A stretch of DNA of 64,000 bases from Armatimonadota bacterium (GTDB taxonomy: Bacteria > Sysuimicrobiota > Sysuimicrobiia > Sysuimicrobiales > Humicultoraceae), in contig JBBIOM010000004.1 of the NCBI GenBank assembly GCA_037443365.1, forward strand, positions 56,272 through 120,271, in the 5' to 3' direction. Below are positions 31,991-42,846 of the stretch, piece after piece. Each line of letters starts with the position of its first letter. Position 1 is the stretch's first letter. The notes below the pieces were generated by a model. It was given only the letters and a program-made list of their open reading frames with translations, was not told the origin of the DNA and searched no databases. Made by a program: the position numbers and the translations under genes.

Positions 31991-34900
31991 CTACTCCTCG
32001 CCGGCCGCGGTGACGATCGCCTCCTCGGCAAGCGCCGGCCTGGCCATGAGCTCGTAGAGCCTGTAGCGCGCCTTCACATCGCCGCGGGCCGCCTCGAGCA
32101 GCTCGCGCGCCCTGACAGGATCGATGCCCTCAACCATGCGGAACCGCGTCTCGTTGTAGAGGAACTTCGCCAGGTCGCCCTTGGGAGGGCCCGAATCCAG
32201 CTGGAGCGGGCTCTTGCCCTCGCCCAGGCGCCGCGGGTCATACCTGATCAGCGGCCAGTAGCCGGTCTCCACGGCGAGCTTCTGCTGCTCCAATCCCATG
32301 GCCAGGTCGTATCCATGGGCAATGCACGGGCTATAGGCGATGATCAGGGAGGTTCCGGGATATGACTCCGCCTCGAGGAAGGCGGTGACCGTCTGGGTGT
32401 CCTTGGCGCCGAAGGCCACCCGCGCCACGTAGACGCTGCCGTAGGTCATCGCCATCATGGCCAGGTCCTTCTTCGCGATGGGCTTGCCGGCCGAGGCGAA
32501 CTTGGCGACGGCGCCTCGCGGTGTAGCCTTGGACTGCTGGCCGCCGGTGTTGGAGTAGACCTCGGTGTCCAGCACCAGGATGTTCACGTCGCGGCCCATG
32601 GACAGGACGTGATCGAGTCCTCCGTAACCGATATCGTAGGCCCACCCGTCCCCGCCCATCACCCAGACGCTCTTGCGCACGAGGTAGTCGGCGACGGCCT
32701 CCAGTCGGCGCGCGTCCGGCGTGCGCAGGCCCGACAGCTTCTCGCGCAGCAGGCTCACCCGCTCGCGCTGGGCGGCGATCCCGGCCTCGCTCGACTGGTC
32801 GGCCCCAAGGATCGCGTCGGCAAGGACCGAGCCGATCTGCGGCGCGAGCGCCAGCACCAGGGCTTCGGCCTGTCCGGCGAGCGAGTCTATTGCCAGGCGA
32901 AACCCGAATCCGAACTCGGCGTTGTCCTCGAACAGCGAGTTGGACCAGGTGGGGCCGCGCCCGCTGGGGTTCGTGGTGTAGGGCGTCGTCGGAAGGTTGC
33001 CGCCGTAGATGGATGAGCACCCGGTCGCGTTGGCGATCAGCAGGCGATCGCCGAATAGCTGGGAGAGCAACTTGACGTAGGGGGTCTCACCGCAACCCGC
33101 GCAGGCGCCCGAGTACTCGAACAGAGGGGCCAGGAACTGCGACCCCTTGACGTCCAGCTTGAGCTGGCCCCGATCAGGATCCGGCAGCGACAGGAAGAAC
33201 TTCCAGTTCTCGCGCTCGGGCTCCCTGAGCGGGATCTGGGGAGCCATGTTGATCGCCTTGCGCTTGGGGTTGGTCTTGTCCTTGACAGGGCATGCCATGA
33301 CGCACACGCTGCACCCGGTGCAGTCCTCGGGCGCAACCTGCAGGGTGTACTTGGATCCCTTGACCTCCTGGCTGCGGAAGCCGGTGGACTTGAAGGTAGG
33401 CGGCGCGTCCTTCAGGAGATCAGGATCGTAGTACTTCGCGCGTATGGTCGCGTGCGGGCACACGATGACGCACTTGTTGCACTGGATGCAGATGTCGGCC
33501 TCCCACACGGGGATCTCCAGGGCGATGTTCCGCTTCTCCCACTGGGTAGTCCCGATCGGCCAGGTGCCGTCCACGGGAAAGGCGCTGACAGGCAGCAGGT
33601 CGCCGTTGTTGGCGGTGAGCGTCCCGATCACGTTCCGCACGAACTCAGGGGCCTCGGGAGAGATCACCGGGGGCAGCGACTTCGTGGCGGTCACCCTCTC
33701 GGGCACCTTCACCTGGTGGAGGTTGGCAAGCGTCTCATCCACCGCCTGCCAGTTCCGGCGGACCACATCGTCGCCCTTCCTTCCGTAGGTCTTGACGATG
33801 GACTCCTTGATCTTCTCGATCGCCTCGTCGCGCGGCAGCACTCCCGAGATGGCGAAGAAGCAGGTCTGCATGATCGCGTTTATGCGCCCGCCCATGCCGG
33901 TACTGCGTGCAACCTCAACGGCATCGATGGTGTAGAATGCAAGCTTCTTCTGGATGATCTGTTCCTGCACCTCGCGCGCCAGGTGATCCCAAACCTCCTC
34001 GGGCCCGTACGGCGCGTTGAGAAGGAAGGTCGCGCCGGGAACGGCATACCTCAGAACATCGTACTTCTCCATCAGGACGAACTGATGACACGCCACGAAG
34101 TTCGCGTTCTTAACCAGGTACGCGGACTGAATCGGCCTGGGACCGAACCGCAGGTGCGAGATGGTGACCGCGCCCGACTTCTTTGAATCGTACACGAAGT
34201 ATCCCTGGGCGAAGTTGGGCGTCTCCTCGCCGATTATCTTGATCGAGTTCTTGTTTGCGCCCACCGTGCCATCGGCGCCCAGGCCGAAGAAGATCCCCCT
34301 TGAGACGTCGTCCGGCTCGATGTCCAGGTCGCGGTCAAAGGGCAACGACAGGCCGGTCACGTCGTCCGTGATTCCGACGGTGAAGCGTGGCTTCGGCGCT
34401 GCCGCCGCCAACTCGGCGAACACCGCGACGACCATCGCAGGGGTGAACTCCTTGCTGGCCAGGCCGTACCTACCGCCGATCACCAAGGGGGATGCGGCGA
34501 ATCGGGCGAGGCCCTGCACACAGGCTTCGCGAAGGGCCGCCACGACGTCCATGTAGAGCGGTTCCCCGGGAGCCCCGGGCTCCTTGGTCCGGTCGAGCAC
34601 CGCGATGGCCCGCACCGACGCAGGCAGGGCTTCCACGAACGCCCTGACCGAGAACGGCCGGTACAGGCGGACCTTCAGCACGCCGACCTTCTCCCCGCGC
34701 GCGAGCAGCCAGTTCACGGTCTCGTGGGCCGTTTCGGCCCCGGATCCCATGAGCACGATCACCCGCTCGGCCTCGGGATGGCCGACGTAGTCGAAAAGGT
34801 GGTAGCGCCGGCCCACAAGGTCCCCGAACTGATCCATGGTCGCCTGCACCACCTCAGGACATGCCTCGTAGAAGCGGTTGCAGGCCTCCCGTCCCTGGAA

Positions 34901-35587
34901 GAAGGCGTCGGGGTTTTGGGCCGTTCCCCGCAGCACGGGGCGGTCCGGCGTCATGGCCCGGCGTCGGTGGGCCTCGACCAGGTCGGCAGGCAGCAGCGCG
35001 CGCAGGTCGTCGTCACCCAGCTGCTCGATCTTGGCCACCTCATGCGAGGTGCGGAAGCCGTCGAAGAAGTGCAGGAAGGGCACGCGGGCGCGCAGCGTCG
35101 CCGCCTGGGAGATGAGCGCGAAATCGTGGGCTTCCTGCACCGAGTTCGACGCCAGCAGCGCGAAGCCGGTCTGACGGCAGGCCATCACGTCCGAGTGGTC
35201 GCCGAAGATCGAGAGCGCGTGCGTCGCCAGCGTCCTCGCGGAGACGTGAATCGCAAGGGGAGTCAGCTCGCCGGCGATCTTGTACATGTTCGGGATCATG
35301 AGCAGCAGACCCTGGGAGGCGGTGAACGTGGTCGTCAGGGCTCCCGCCTGCAGGGAGCCGTGCACAGCACCGGCAGCCCCTCCCTCGGACTGCATCTCGA
35401 CGACCTGGGGTACCGTGCCCCAGATGTTCGGATTGCCCAGGGCCGCCCACTCGTCCGCAAACTCGCCCATCGGTGAAGACGGCGTGATCGGGTAGATGGC
35501 TATGACCTCGTTGACACGATACGCGGCCGAGGCGGTCGCCTCGTTCCCGTCAACGGTTACTGTCTGGCGCTGTGTGCTAGCGGCCAT
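31991..35587 (-). CDS. nifJ: Pyruvate:ferredoxin/flavodoxin oxidoreductase (single-chain)
   Basis: DGNEA, YPITPS, EMQSEGGAAG, two CxxCxxC ferredoxin motifs, GACAGCGE, GGDGWAYDIG. Confidence 0.96.
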   Translation of the reverse strand: MAASTQRQTVTVDGNEATASAAYRVNEVIAIYPITPSSPMGEFADEWAALGNPNIWGTVPQVVEMQSEGGAAGAVHGSLQAGALTTTFTASQGLLLMIPNMYKIAGELTPLAIHVSARTLATHALSIFGDHSDVMACRQTGFALLASNSVQEAHDFALISQAATLRARVPFLHFFDGFRTSHEVAKIEQLGDDDLRALLPADLVEAHRRRAMTPDRPVLRGTAQNPDAFFQGREACNRFYEACPEVVQATMDQFGDLVGRRYHLFDYVGHPEAERVIVLMGSGAETAHETVNWLLARGEKVGVLKVRLYRPFSVRAFVEALPASVRAIAVLDRTKEPGAPGEPLYMDVVAALREACVQGLARFAASPLVIGGRYGLASKEFTPAMVVAVFAELAAAAPKPRFTVGITDDVTGLSLPFDRDLDIEPDDVSRGIFFGLGADGTVGANKNSIKIIGEETPNFAQGYFVYDSKKSGAVTISHLRFGPRPIQSAYLVKNANFVACHQFVLMEKYDVLRYAVPGATFLLNAPYGPEEVWDHLAREVQEQIIQKKLAFYTIDAVEVARSTGMGGRINAIMQTCFFAISGVLPRDEAIEKIKESIVKTYGRKGDDVVRRNWQAVDETLANLHQVKVPERVTATKSLPPVISPEAPEFVRNVIGTLTANNGDLLPVSAFPVDGTWPIGTTQWEKRNIALEIPVWEADICIQCNKCVIVCPHATIRAKYYDPDLLKDAPPTFKSTGFRSQEVKGSKYTLQVAPEDCTGCSVCVMACPVKDKTNPKRKAINMAPQIPLREPERENWKFFLSLPDPDRGQLKLDVKGSQFLAPLFEYSGACAGCGETPYVKLLSQLFGDRLLIANATGCSSIYGGNLPTTPYTTNPSGRGPTWSNSLFEDNAEFGFGFRLAIDSLAGQAEALVLALAPQIGSVLADAILGADQSSEAGIAAQRERVSLLREKLSGLRTPDARRLEAVADYLVRKSVWVMGGDGWAYDIGYGGLDHVLSMGRDVNILVLDTEVYSNTGGQQSKATPRGAVAKFASAGKPIAKKDLAMMAMTYGSVYVARVAFGAKDTQTVTAFLEAESYPGTSLIIAYSPCIAHGYDLAMGLEQQKLAVETGYWPLIRYDPRRLGEGKSPLQLDSGPPKGDLAKFLYNETRFRMVEGIDPVRARELLEAARGDVKARYRLYELMARPALAEEAIVTAAGEE

Positions 35588-35772
35588 GCAAGACCCTCCT
35601 CGCCTTCCAGGCGACCCCTTCACCCGGCTCGTTGCGGGCGGCTGACGGACGGCTCTGGGGCGACTACCCGGTGGGACCGTCCCGACATCCAGGCTAGTAG
35701 GAGAAGACCGGTATCGGTATCCGCCCGGCACCCGATATGATACGCAACCGAAAGCAGCGTCGTGACAGCCCC

Positions 35773-35848
35773 TGGAGCGCCCGGAGGGATTCGAACCCCC
35801 GACTTGCTGGTCCGAAGCCAGCCGCTCTGTCCCCTGAGCTACGGGCGC
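35773..35848 (-). tRNA. tRNA-Arg(TCG)
   Basis: GCGCCCGTAGCTCAGGGGACAGAGC-GGCTGG-CTTCGGA-CCAGC...GGTTCGAATCC...CCA; anticodon UCG. Confidence 0.92.
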
Positions 35849-35910
35849 GTCCCGCAGCGAGTATAGCACAGGACCGGGCCCATGCAGATAGTGAGAAGAA
35901 CCGATAGATG

Positions 35911-36456
35911 CTACCGCTCCAGGGCCGCCTCCACTGCTCGGAACCACTCCTCGGGCGCGGTCACGACACCGGGGAACTTGCGCACAACGCGGCCCGCGGC
36001 GTCTATGAAGAAGGTCTCGGGGACGCCCGTGAGGCCGTATGCCCTGTAGACCGTGTTGTCCTTGTCACGGACGACAGGATAGGTCGTCCCGGTCTCCTCG
36101 AGGAAGCGCAGGGCCGAGGGCGCGAGATCCTGCACATTGACGCCCACGACCACCACTCCCCGCTCCCTGTAGCGGCGCCACGTGGACTCCAGGGCAGGCG
36201 CCTCATCGCGGCACGGCGCGCACCAGGACGACCAGAAGTTCAGCACGACAACACGCCCGCGCAGGGCCCCCAGATCAAGCGCCCCTGAAGTGTCCAGGCG
36301 CGGTAGCGCGAACGTGGGCGCCGCAGGCCTCTCCCCCCTGGTCAGGGCAACGGTCAACGAAGCCGGCCGGTTGCTTCGCAGGGTTGCGAACGCGAGCAGC
36401 GCAAGGAAGACCGCGAGGCTGCCCAGCACGACCGCCTGGCGCCGTCGAGCGCCCAT
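35911..36456 (-). CDS. TlpA/ResA-family membrane-anchored thiol-disulfide oxidoreductase
   Basis: N-terminal TM helix, VLNFWSSWCAPC, GVPETFFID. Confidence 0.9.
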   Translation of the reverse strand: MGARRRQAVVLGSLAVFLALLAFATLRSNRPASLTVALTRGERPAAPTFALPRLDTSGALDLGALRGRVVVLNFWSSWCAPCRDEAPALESTWRRYRERGVVVVGVNVQDLAPSALRFLEETGTTYPVVRDKDNTVYRAYGLTGVPETFFIDAAGRVVRKFPGVVTAPEEWFRAVEAALER

Positions 36457-36472
36457 CGGCTCAGGTCCGAGC

Positions 36473-36679
36473 CTACTCCACGGGATACCCGGCGGCCCGC
36501 AGCGCCTCGCGGATGCGCGCCTCGTCCAGCGCCGTCGGATTGAACTCCACCAGGACCTTCTTGGTCAGGGCGCTCGCCTCGACACTCGCGATGCCGGGCA
36601 GCCCTGACAGAGCGCTGGTCACGGCCCGCACACACCCGTCACAATGGATCTTGGGCACATTGAAGGACTTCGTGTTCAT
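36473..36679 (-). CDS. copZ: Copper chaperone (HMA domain)
   Basis: IHCDGC, C-terminal AGY; follows copA. Confidence 0.88.
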   Translation of the reverse strand: MNTKSFNVPKIHCDGCVRAVTSALSGLPGIASVEASALTKKVLVEFNPTALDEARIREALRAAGYPVE

Positions 36680-39141
36680 CGGCTCGCGAAACCTCCTGTC
36701 GGGATGGTGCCTGCGGGCCTGTATCCCCGGAGCCGCAGGCTGTTGCCGACGACCGTCACCGAGCTGAATGCCATGGCCAGCGCAGCCAGGGCCGGGTTCA
36801 GCATCACGCCCAGAACAGGATACAGCACCCCGGCGGCCACCGGAATCAGGGCGACGTTGTAGGCGAATGCCCAGAACAGGTTCTGGCGTATGGTTCGCAT
36901 CGTCCTGCGGCTAAGCGCAATCGCCGAGAGGACACCGCGCAGGTCGTCCCCGATCAGCACGATGCCGGCCGACTCGATGGCGACGTCGGTCCCGGCCCCA
37001 ATCGCGATGCCCAGGTCCGCGCGCGCCAGGGCCGGCGCGTCGTTGATGCCGTCGCCCACCATGGCCACGACATGCCCTTCCCGCTGCATGGCGCCGACCT
37101 GGGCAGCCTTCTCGTCCGGCCTGACCTCGGCCAGAACGCGGTCTACCCCTACCTGCGACGCGATCGCCTCGGCGGTGCGCCGGTTGTCCCCGGTGAGCAT
37201 CACCACCTGGAGCCCCATGCCGCGGAGCGCTGCCACGACTTCCCTGCTGGCCGGCTTCAGGGTATCGGCCACGCCGATGACGCCGGCCGCCTGCCCGTTC
37301 ACGGCCACATGCATCGGCGTCCTACCTTCCTCCGCCAGGCCGGCCGCGCGCGCGTCCAGGACCGCCGGCGAGATCCCGTGGCGCAAGAGCAGCACGGCGT
37401 TGCCCACAAGGACCCGCTGCCCGTCCACGGTCGCCACTATGCCCTCGCCAGGGATGGCCTCAAACGCGGCGGGCTCGCCGAGGTCTATCCCGTCAGCGCG
37501 CGCACGGGCGACGATTGCCTCGCCGACGGGATGCTCGCTCCCGCGCTCGGCCGTTCCGGCCAGACGGAGCAGCGTGCCCGCATCGAACCCTTGGCCCGGG
37601 AGGATGTCGGTCACGGCGGGCGTCCCGCGCGTGAGCGTGCCCGTCTTGTCGAGCACGACGGCGGTGATGCGGTGTGCGGTCTCCAGGGCCTCGCCGCCCC
37701 GAATGAGGATCCCGGCCTCGGCTCCCCTCCCGGTTCCCACCATGATCGCCGTAGGGGTGGCCAGCCCCAGCGCGCACGGGCATGCAATGATGAGCACAGC
37801 CACGAAGCCGACGAGCGCATAGGTCAGCGCGGGTTGCGGGCCGAACCTCAGCCATGCAGCCGCGGTGATCAACGCGATCACGATCACGACGGGCACGAAG
37901 TAGGCGGCCACACGATCGGCGAGGCGCTGAATGGGCGCCTTGCTGCCCTGGGCCTCCTCGACCAGCCGGATGATCTGCGCCAGGGCGGTATCGCGCCCCA
38001 CCTTCGTGGCGCGGAACCGGAACGTTCCGGTGCGGTTGAGCGTCGCGCCTATGACCGCGCCGCCAGCGGCCTTCTCCGCGGGCATGGACTCCCCGGTTAT
38101 CATGGATTCGTCCACCGTGGAGAACCCGTCGAGCACGACCCCGTCCGCGGGGATCTTCTCCCCCGGGCGCACGACCACGACGTCGCCCGCCTGCACGTCC
38201 TCAACCGGGACGTCGGTCTCGGATCCGTCCCGCACCACGCGGGCGGTCCGAGGCTGCAATCGCATCAGACGGCGGATGGCGTCACCCGTGCGGCCTCTGG
38301 CGCGGGATTCCAGATAGCGTCCGAGCAGAACGAAGACGATGATTATCGAGGAGGTCTCGAAGTAGACGGACGGCGCGATGGCCCCACCCGCGAACCACCC
38401 CGGGAAGAAGGTGGCGGCGACGCTGTACAGGTACGCCGCCGAGGTGCCCACCGCGATGAGCGTGTTCATGTCGGCCGTTCCGTGCCTGGCCGCGGCCCAC
38501 ATCCCCCGGTAGAATCGCCAGCCGGCCCAGATCTGCACCGGGGTCGCCAGGACGAACTGCACCACCCAGTTGTGAAGCAACGCGGGCGCCGGGACGCGCA
38601 CTCCCATGTGGGGCAGACTGCCCCAGAGAATGGGGAGGCTCAAGGCCGTCGCGCCGATCAGGCGCGTGAGCAGAGCGCCCTGCTCACGCGCCCGGCGCTC
38701 GGCCTCGCGGTCGACGCCCCTCTCCTCGGGGGTCAGCGGCTCGTAGCCCGCGCTGCGCACCGCGCGCTCCAGATCGCCGGACGCGGCGACGCCGGGGATG
38801 AACTCGACCGTCGCCTGCTCGTGCGCCAGGTTCACCGAGGCAGCCAACACACCGTCCACCGCGAGCAAGGCGTCCTCGACGCGGCCGACGCAGGAGGCGC
38901 AGGACATCCCGGCAATGGGAATGACGGCTCGCTGGCTCGGAACCTCGTAGCCGACCCTGCGCACGGCCGCGGCCAGGTCGCCCACGGTCACCTGGCCTGG
39001 ATCGAAGGAAACCGAGGCGCGCTCCGAGGCAAGGTTGACCTGCGCCGCGACCACCCCGGGAGTCCGGCGCAGGGCCCCCTCGACCCTGGCGACGCAGGAG
39101 GCGCAGGACATCCCCTCCACAGGCAGCGCGAGCCGCTTCAT
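36676..39141 (-). CDS. copA: Cu(I)-translocating P1B-type ATPase
   Basis: Two GMSCASC domains, [29 protein letters not shown] and MAFSS. Confidence 0.96.
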   Translation of the reverse strand: MKRLALPVEGMSCASCVARVEGALRRTPGVVAAQVNLASERASVSFDPGQVTVGDLAAAVRRVGYEVPSQRAVIPIAGMSCASCVGRVEDALLAVDGVLAASVNLAHEQATVEFIPGVAASGDLERAVRSAGYEPLTPEERGVDREAERRAREQGALLTRLIGATALSLPILWGSLPHMGVRVPAPALLHNWVVQFVLATPVQIWAGWRFYRGMWAAARHGTADMNTLIAVGTSAAYLYSVAATFFPGWFAGGAIAPSVYFETSSIIIVFVLLGRYLESRARGRTGDAIRRLMRLQPRTARVVRDGSETDVPVEDVQAGDVVVVRPGEKIPADGVVLDGFSTVDESMITGESMPAEKAAGGAVIGATLNRTGTFRFRATKVGRDTALAQIIRLVEEAQGSKAPIQRLADRVAAYFVPVVIVIALITAAAWLRFGPQPALTYALVGFVAVLIIACPCALGLATPTAIMVGTGRGAEAGILIRGGEALETAHRITAVVLDKTGTLTRGTPAVTDILPGQGFDAGTLLRLAGTAERGSEHPVGEAIVARARADGIDLGEPAAFEAIPGEGIVATVDGQRVLVGNAVLLLRHGISPAVLDARAAGLAEEGRTPMHVAVNGQAAGVIGVADTLKPASREVVAALRGMGLQVVMLTGDNRRTAEAIASQVGVDRVLAEVRPDEKAAQVGAMQREGHVVAMVGDGINDAPALARADLGIAIGAGTDVAIESAGIVLIGDDLRGVLSAIALSRRTMRTIRQNLFWAFAYNVALIPVAAGVLYPVLGVMLNPALAALAMAFSSVTVVGNSLRLRGYRPAGTIPTGGFASR

Positions 39142-39148
39142 CTCAACG

Positions 39149-39490
39149 TCAGTGTCTGCGCGCGCGCCCAGCGCCGGCCGGCCGGACCCGGCTTGACGTC
39201 TTGAAGACCTCAAGCAGCTCCGCAATGGTGCGCTCGCGCACGCGCGCGTTACTCGAGCGTATCGCGGTCGTTGCACAGTGCTCCAGGTGGTCCTCGAGCA
39301 GCATGGAGTTCACCTTGTCCAGGGCACGTTGTACGGCCTGAACCTGCCGTATCACGTCGATGCAGTAGGCGTCTTCCACCACCATGCGTTCTATCCCGCC
39401 CACGTGCCCGGCGATGCTGCGAAGACGCACCAGTATCTTCCGGCGCTTGCCGGCCGATCCGTGCTTCACCGCTGGCACAACGGTCTCCAC
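39149..39490 (-). CDS. csoR: CsoR-family copper-sensing repressor
   Basis: [14 protein letters not shown]...HLEHC (Cys-His-Cys). Confidence 0.9.
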   Translation of the reverse strand: METVVPAVKHGSAGKRRKILVRLRSIAGHVGGIERMVVEDAYCIDVIRQVQAVQRALDKVNSMLLEDHLEHCATTAIRSSNARVRERTIAELLEVFKTSSRVRPAGAGRARRH

Positions 39491-39514
39491 GGGGTGCTCC
39501 TCCTCGCCTAATGT

Positions 39515-39539
39515 ACCCCTCCCCCCATGGGGGAGGGGT
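39515..39539. promoter_or_regulatory. Probable CsoR operator
   Basis: Inverted repeat ACCCCTCCCCC-CAT-GGGGGAGGGGT with C/G tracts directly upstream of csoR. Confidence 0.6.
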
Positions 39540-39712
39540 TCTCATTCAGAGTAGTCCACCCGTGTGGCAATGTCAACGGGCGCGCGCTCTGCACCGGCCT
39601 CCCTGCGGATGGCTGCACCGCGCGGGTCACCTCTGCCCGTGGTGACAAGGGCCTGCCTTTGCGAGAGAATGAAGAACGACACCGCCAGCAGACACCGGGA
39701 GCGTGGAGGACC

Positions 39713-41164
39713 ATGGGCCAGAACACCCCCATTACGGTCGCGCACGGAGATGGCATCGGCCCAGAGATCATGGCCGCCACCCTTCTGGTATTGGGCGCGG
39801 CAGGCGCCCGAATTGACGTCGAGACGATCGAGATCGGCGAGAAGGTCTTTCTGCGCGGCAGGAGCAGCGGCATCGAGCCGGAGGCGTGGGAATCGCTCCG
39901 GCGCACGCGCGTCTTCCTCAAGGCGCCGATAACGACCCCGCAGGGAGGCGGCTACAAGAGCCTCAACGTGACCACGCGCAAGATGCTGGGGTTGTACGCC
40001 AACGTGCGGCCGTGCGTGGCCTACCACCCGTTCGTGGAGACGAAACATCCTGGGATGGACGTGGTGATCGTACGCGAGAACGAGGAGGACCTCTACGCCG
40101 GCATCGAGTACCGCCAGACGGACGACGTCTATCAGGCCCTGAAGATCATCTCCCGGCCCGGAACCGAGAGGACCGTGCGCTACGCCTTCGAGTACGCGAT
40201 GAGGCACGGGCGCAGGAAGGTCACGTGCTTCACGAAGGACAACATCCTCAAGATGTCCGACGGGCTGTTCCATAAGATCTTCGACGAGGTGGGCGCGCAG
40301 TACCCCGCCCTGGAGAAGGAGCACTGGATAGTTGACATCGGGGCCGCCAAGCTGGCCGATACCCCGGAGGCGTTCGACGTGATCGTGCTGCCCAACATGT
40401 ACGGCGACGTTCTCTCGGACGTGGCCGCGCAGATAGCCGGCTCGGTGGGGCTGGCGGGCTCGGCGAACATCGGCGACCGGTGCGCCATGTTCGAGGCGAT
40501 CCACGGCTCCGCGCCCCGCCGCGCGGGTCAGGACATCGCCAATCCATCGGGCCTGCTGTTGGGAGCGGTGATGATGCTCGCGCACATAGGACAACCGGAT
40601 GTGGCCGAGCGCGTGCACAACGCCTGGCTGCGCACGATCGAGGACGGCGTGCACACCTACGACATCTACGGCGATGGCGTCAGCAGGGAGAAGGTCGGCA
40701 CGACCGGATTTGCCCGGGCCGTCGCCGACCGCCTGGGGCAGGAACCCAGACGGCTCAGGGCGGCCAGGTACCAGGCGGCGAGCAGTGAAAGAACCGAGTT
40801 CGCCCCACTCCCACGGCGCATTGCGAGGAAGGAACTCGTGGGGGTGGACGTCTTCATTCACTGGCGCGGCGGCTCATTCGAACAGCTCGGCGAGCGGATT
40901 CAAGCCCTGGCCGGAGGGGATCTCCATCTCGGCATGATAAGCAATCGTGGCGTCAGGGTGTACCCGGGCGGCTTCCCTGAGACGCTCTGCGTCGACCACT
41001 GGCGGTGCCGCTTCCTGTCACGCACCGAGGGCGGTGGCGTCACGCACGCCCAGATCGTCGCGCTGCTGCAGAGAATGAGCAACGCGGGCCTGGACTACAC
41101 CAAGACCGACAACCTCTACACGTTCGACGGAGAGCCGGGGTACTCGCTCGATCAGGGCGAGTAA
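39713..41164 (+). CDS. icd: Isocitrate dehydrogenase (long form with C-terminal domain)
   Basis: GDGIGPEI, KAPITTPQGGGYKSLNV, RENEEDLY, EAIHGSAP; SD GGAGG. Confidence 0.92.
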   Translation: MGQNTPITVAHGDGIGPEIMAATLLVLGAAGARIDVETIEIGEKVFLRGRSSGIEPEAWESLRRTRVFLKAPITTPQGGGYKSLNVTTRKMLGLYANVRPCVAYHPFVETKHPGMDVVIVRENEEDLYAGIEYRQTDDVYQALKIISRPGTERTVRYAFEYAMRHGRRKVTCFTKDNILKMSDGLFHKIFDEVGAQYPALEKEHWIVDIGAAKLADTPEAFDVIVLPNMYGDVLSDVAAQIAGSVGLAGSANIGDRCAMFEAIHGSAPRRAGQDIANPSGLLLGAVMMLAHIGQPDVAERVHNAWLRTIEDGVHTYDIYGDGVSREKVGTTGFARAVADRLGQEPRRLRAARYQAASSERTEFAPLPRRIARKELVGVDVFIHWRGGSFEQLGERIQALAGGDLHLGMISNRGVRVYPGGFPETLCVDHWRCRFLSRTEGGGVTHAQIVALLQRMSNAGLDYTKTDNLYTFDGEPGYSLDQGE

Positions 41165-42285
41165 GACGTCGTGCTGATAAGTATGTCCCCGCTTACGGTT
41201 GAGAGATCGAGGTTCGCCTCGCCCGAGGCGTGCACGCCCAGAAGCGACCTGCCCCCACGCTGCACCTGCCCCAGGCCCCCGTGGGCGTGGATCTCACCCG
41301 AGGCCACATGCGCGCTGACGCGGCACCCCGCGCGCGGGCCGAGGCGGACGGTGAGATCGCCCCGGACTGTGGCAACCCTGGAGGCCGTCCCGGCAAGAAA
41401 CTGATCCACCTCCACCTCCGCGTCGCCGCGGACCGTCGAGAGGTCCAGCGTGAGCGGGCCGACGGGACGCCTCAGCGCAAGGTCGCCCCTCTTGGAGTTG
41501 GCCGAGACACGCCCGCCCGCGGCTTCCACCTCAATGTCACCGCGAAGCGTGCGCAGATCCAGATCGCCCGCGACTCCCCTAACCAGCAGGTCGCCCTTGA
41601 CCTGCGCGACCGACGCCGGGGTCTGCGGGGGGAGCGCAATGTCGAAGTCCACGCGCACCCTACGCGGCACGGCGCCCTCGCTCGGCGACACCCGGATGAC
41701 GAACTCGTTCCCCTCCGGCCCGGCGACGATGCGCACGCGATCCCTTGCGATCGCCGCGGCTGCCTCGTCGTGCCCCCATGCCCGGATCGAAGCCCGCGCG
41801 TGCATCTGGCCGTCGGCGCTGGCCGTGATCCGGGTGTCTCCCCAGAGGTTGTGGATGCAGAGCCGCTGCCCGGGCGCAAGGGAGGCGTCGTGTGCCCAGG
41901 CACCGGAAGCGCCGGCCATCCCCCAGAGCCCCTCGATGGCCTCGGCGATGCGGAACCTGATCCCGTGGCGCCGGGCCTCGCGTACGGCGCGGCGCACCTC
42001 GCCGCGGGCGCGTCGCACGTCCATCCTGGAACGCTGCAGGGACTCGCGCACGGTGTCAGCCGACTCGCGCACGGTGTTGACGATGCCGTCGATGTCAATG
42101 CTGGCTATGATCTCCTCAATCAGTCCCTTGAGATCATCGCGCGGGGGCGCCTCGGCCTCCGGTGCGGCGTCCGCGGCGAGCCCCGGGTGTTCCTCGCCCA
42201 AAGCATCGAGGAGAGCCTCGGCCTCCTCGACAGTGATCCGGCCTGACTTGAGCATGCGCAGCACGCGCTGCCGTTCCTCGTCCAC
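41152..42285 (-). CDS. DUF4097-type beta-repeat protein with an N-terminal SHOCT-like motif
   Basis: EERQRVLRMLKSGRITVEEAEALL; repeated T-x-(R/S)-G-D beta repeats. Confidence 0.75.
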   Translation of the reverse strand: MDEERQRVLRMLKSGRITVEEAEALLDALGEEHPGLAADAAPEAEAPPRDDLKGLIEEIIASIDIDGIVNTVRESADTVRESLQRSRMDVRRARGEVRRAVREARRHGIRFRIAEAIEGLWGMAGASGAWAHDASLAPGQRLCIHNLWGDTRITASADGQMHARASIRAWGHDEAAAAIARDRVRIVAGPEGNEFVIRVSPSEGAVPRRVRVDFDIALPPQTPASVAQVKGDLLVRGVAGDLDLRTLRGDIEVEAAGGRVSANSKRGDLALRRPVGPLTLDLSTVRGDAEVEVDQFLAGTASRVATVRGDLTVRLGPRAGCRVSAHVASGEIHAHGGLGQVQRGGRSLLGVHASGEANLDLSTVSGDILISTTSYSP

Positions 42286-42384
42286 AGCAGTCCCTCCCAG
42301 CGGTTCGGGTCAGTGGTTCGGCGCTTCGAGAAGAACCTCGGGCCCTGCAACGGCAACGCCGAGCCGCACCAGGGCCCTCATCGC

Positions 42385-42846
42385 TCAACCTCCCTGCTCG
42401 GGCCTGCCCGGCTGCCGCAGCATCCTAGCCGCCTCGGCAGGGGTCAGGGTCCCGGCCTCGAGCATGTCCATGATCTCCCTCCGGCGCTGGAGGACGGCGC
42501 CACTATCCTCCTCAGGCCCGGCGGACAGACCCAGCGCCCCGAGCACCGCGTCAAGGCGGCTACGCACGGTCGGGTACGAGATGCCCAGTTCGCGCTCCAC
42601 CCTGCGGATGTTGCCCCGGGATCGCAGGAACGCCTCAAGGAAGGCGGCCTGGTCCGGTGAGAGCCGGGCAAACCGCGAGCCCCTGAACCTTCCCTCCACG
42701 GCGGTAGAGCAAGTTGCGCACTCGAGGCGCACCACGCACAACTCGCCGCCGCAGGCAGGGCATGCGCCAGGCACTGCAAGGATGCAGCGCATGCCTGCAG
42801 GCTCGGTCCGGGCCTCGCCACCCCCACGATCGCGCGTCTCAAGCAT
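42385..42846 (-). CDS. DUF2089-type Zn-ribbon/HTH protein
   Basis: CPACGG...CATC, RGNIRRVERELGISYPTVRSRL, SHOCT-like tail; start uncertain (42846 or 42792). Confidence 0.82.
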   Translation of the reverse strand: MLETRDRGGGEARTEPAGMRCILAVPGACPACGGELCVVRLECATCSTAVEGRFRGSRFARLSPDQAAFLEAFLRSRGNIRRVERELGISYPTVRSRLDAVLGALGLSAGPEEDSGAVLQRRREIMDMLEAGTLTPAEAARMLRQPGRPEQGG

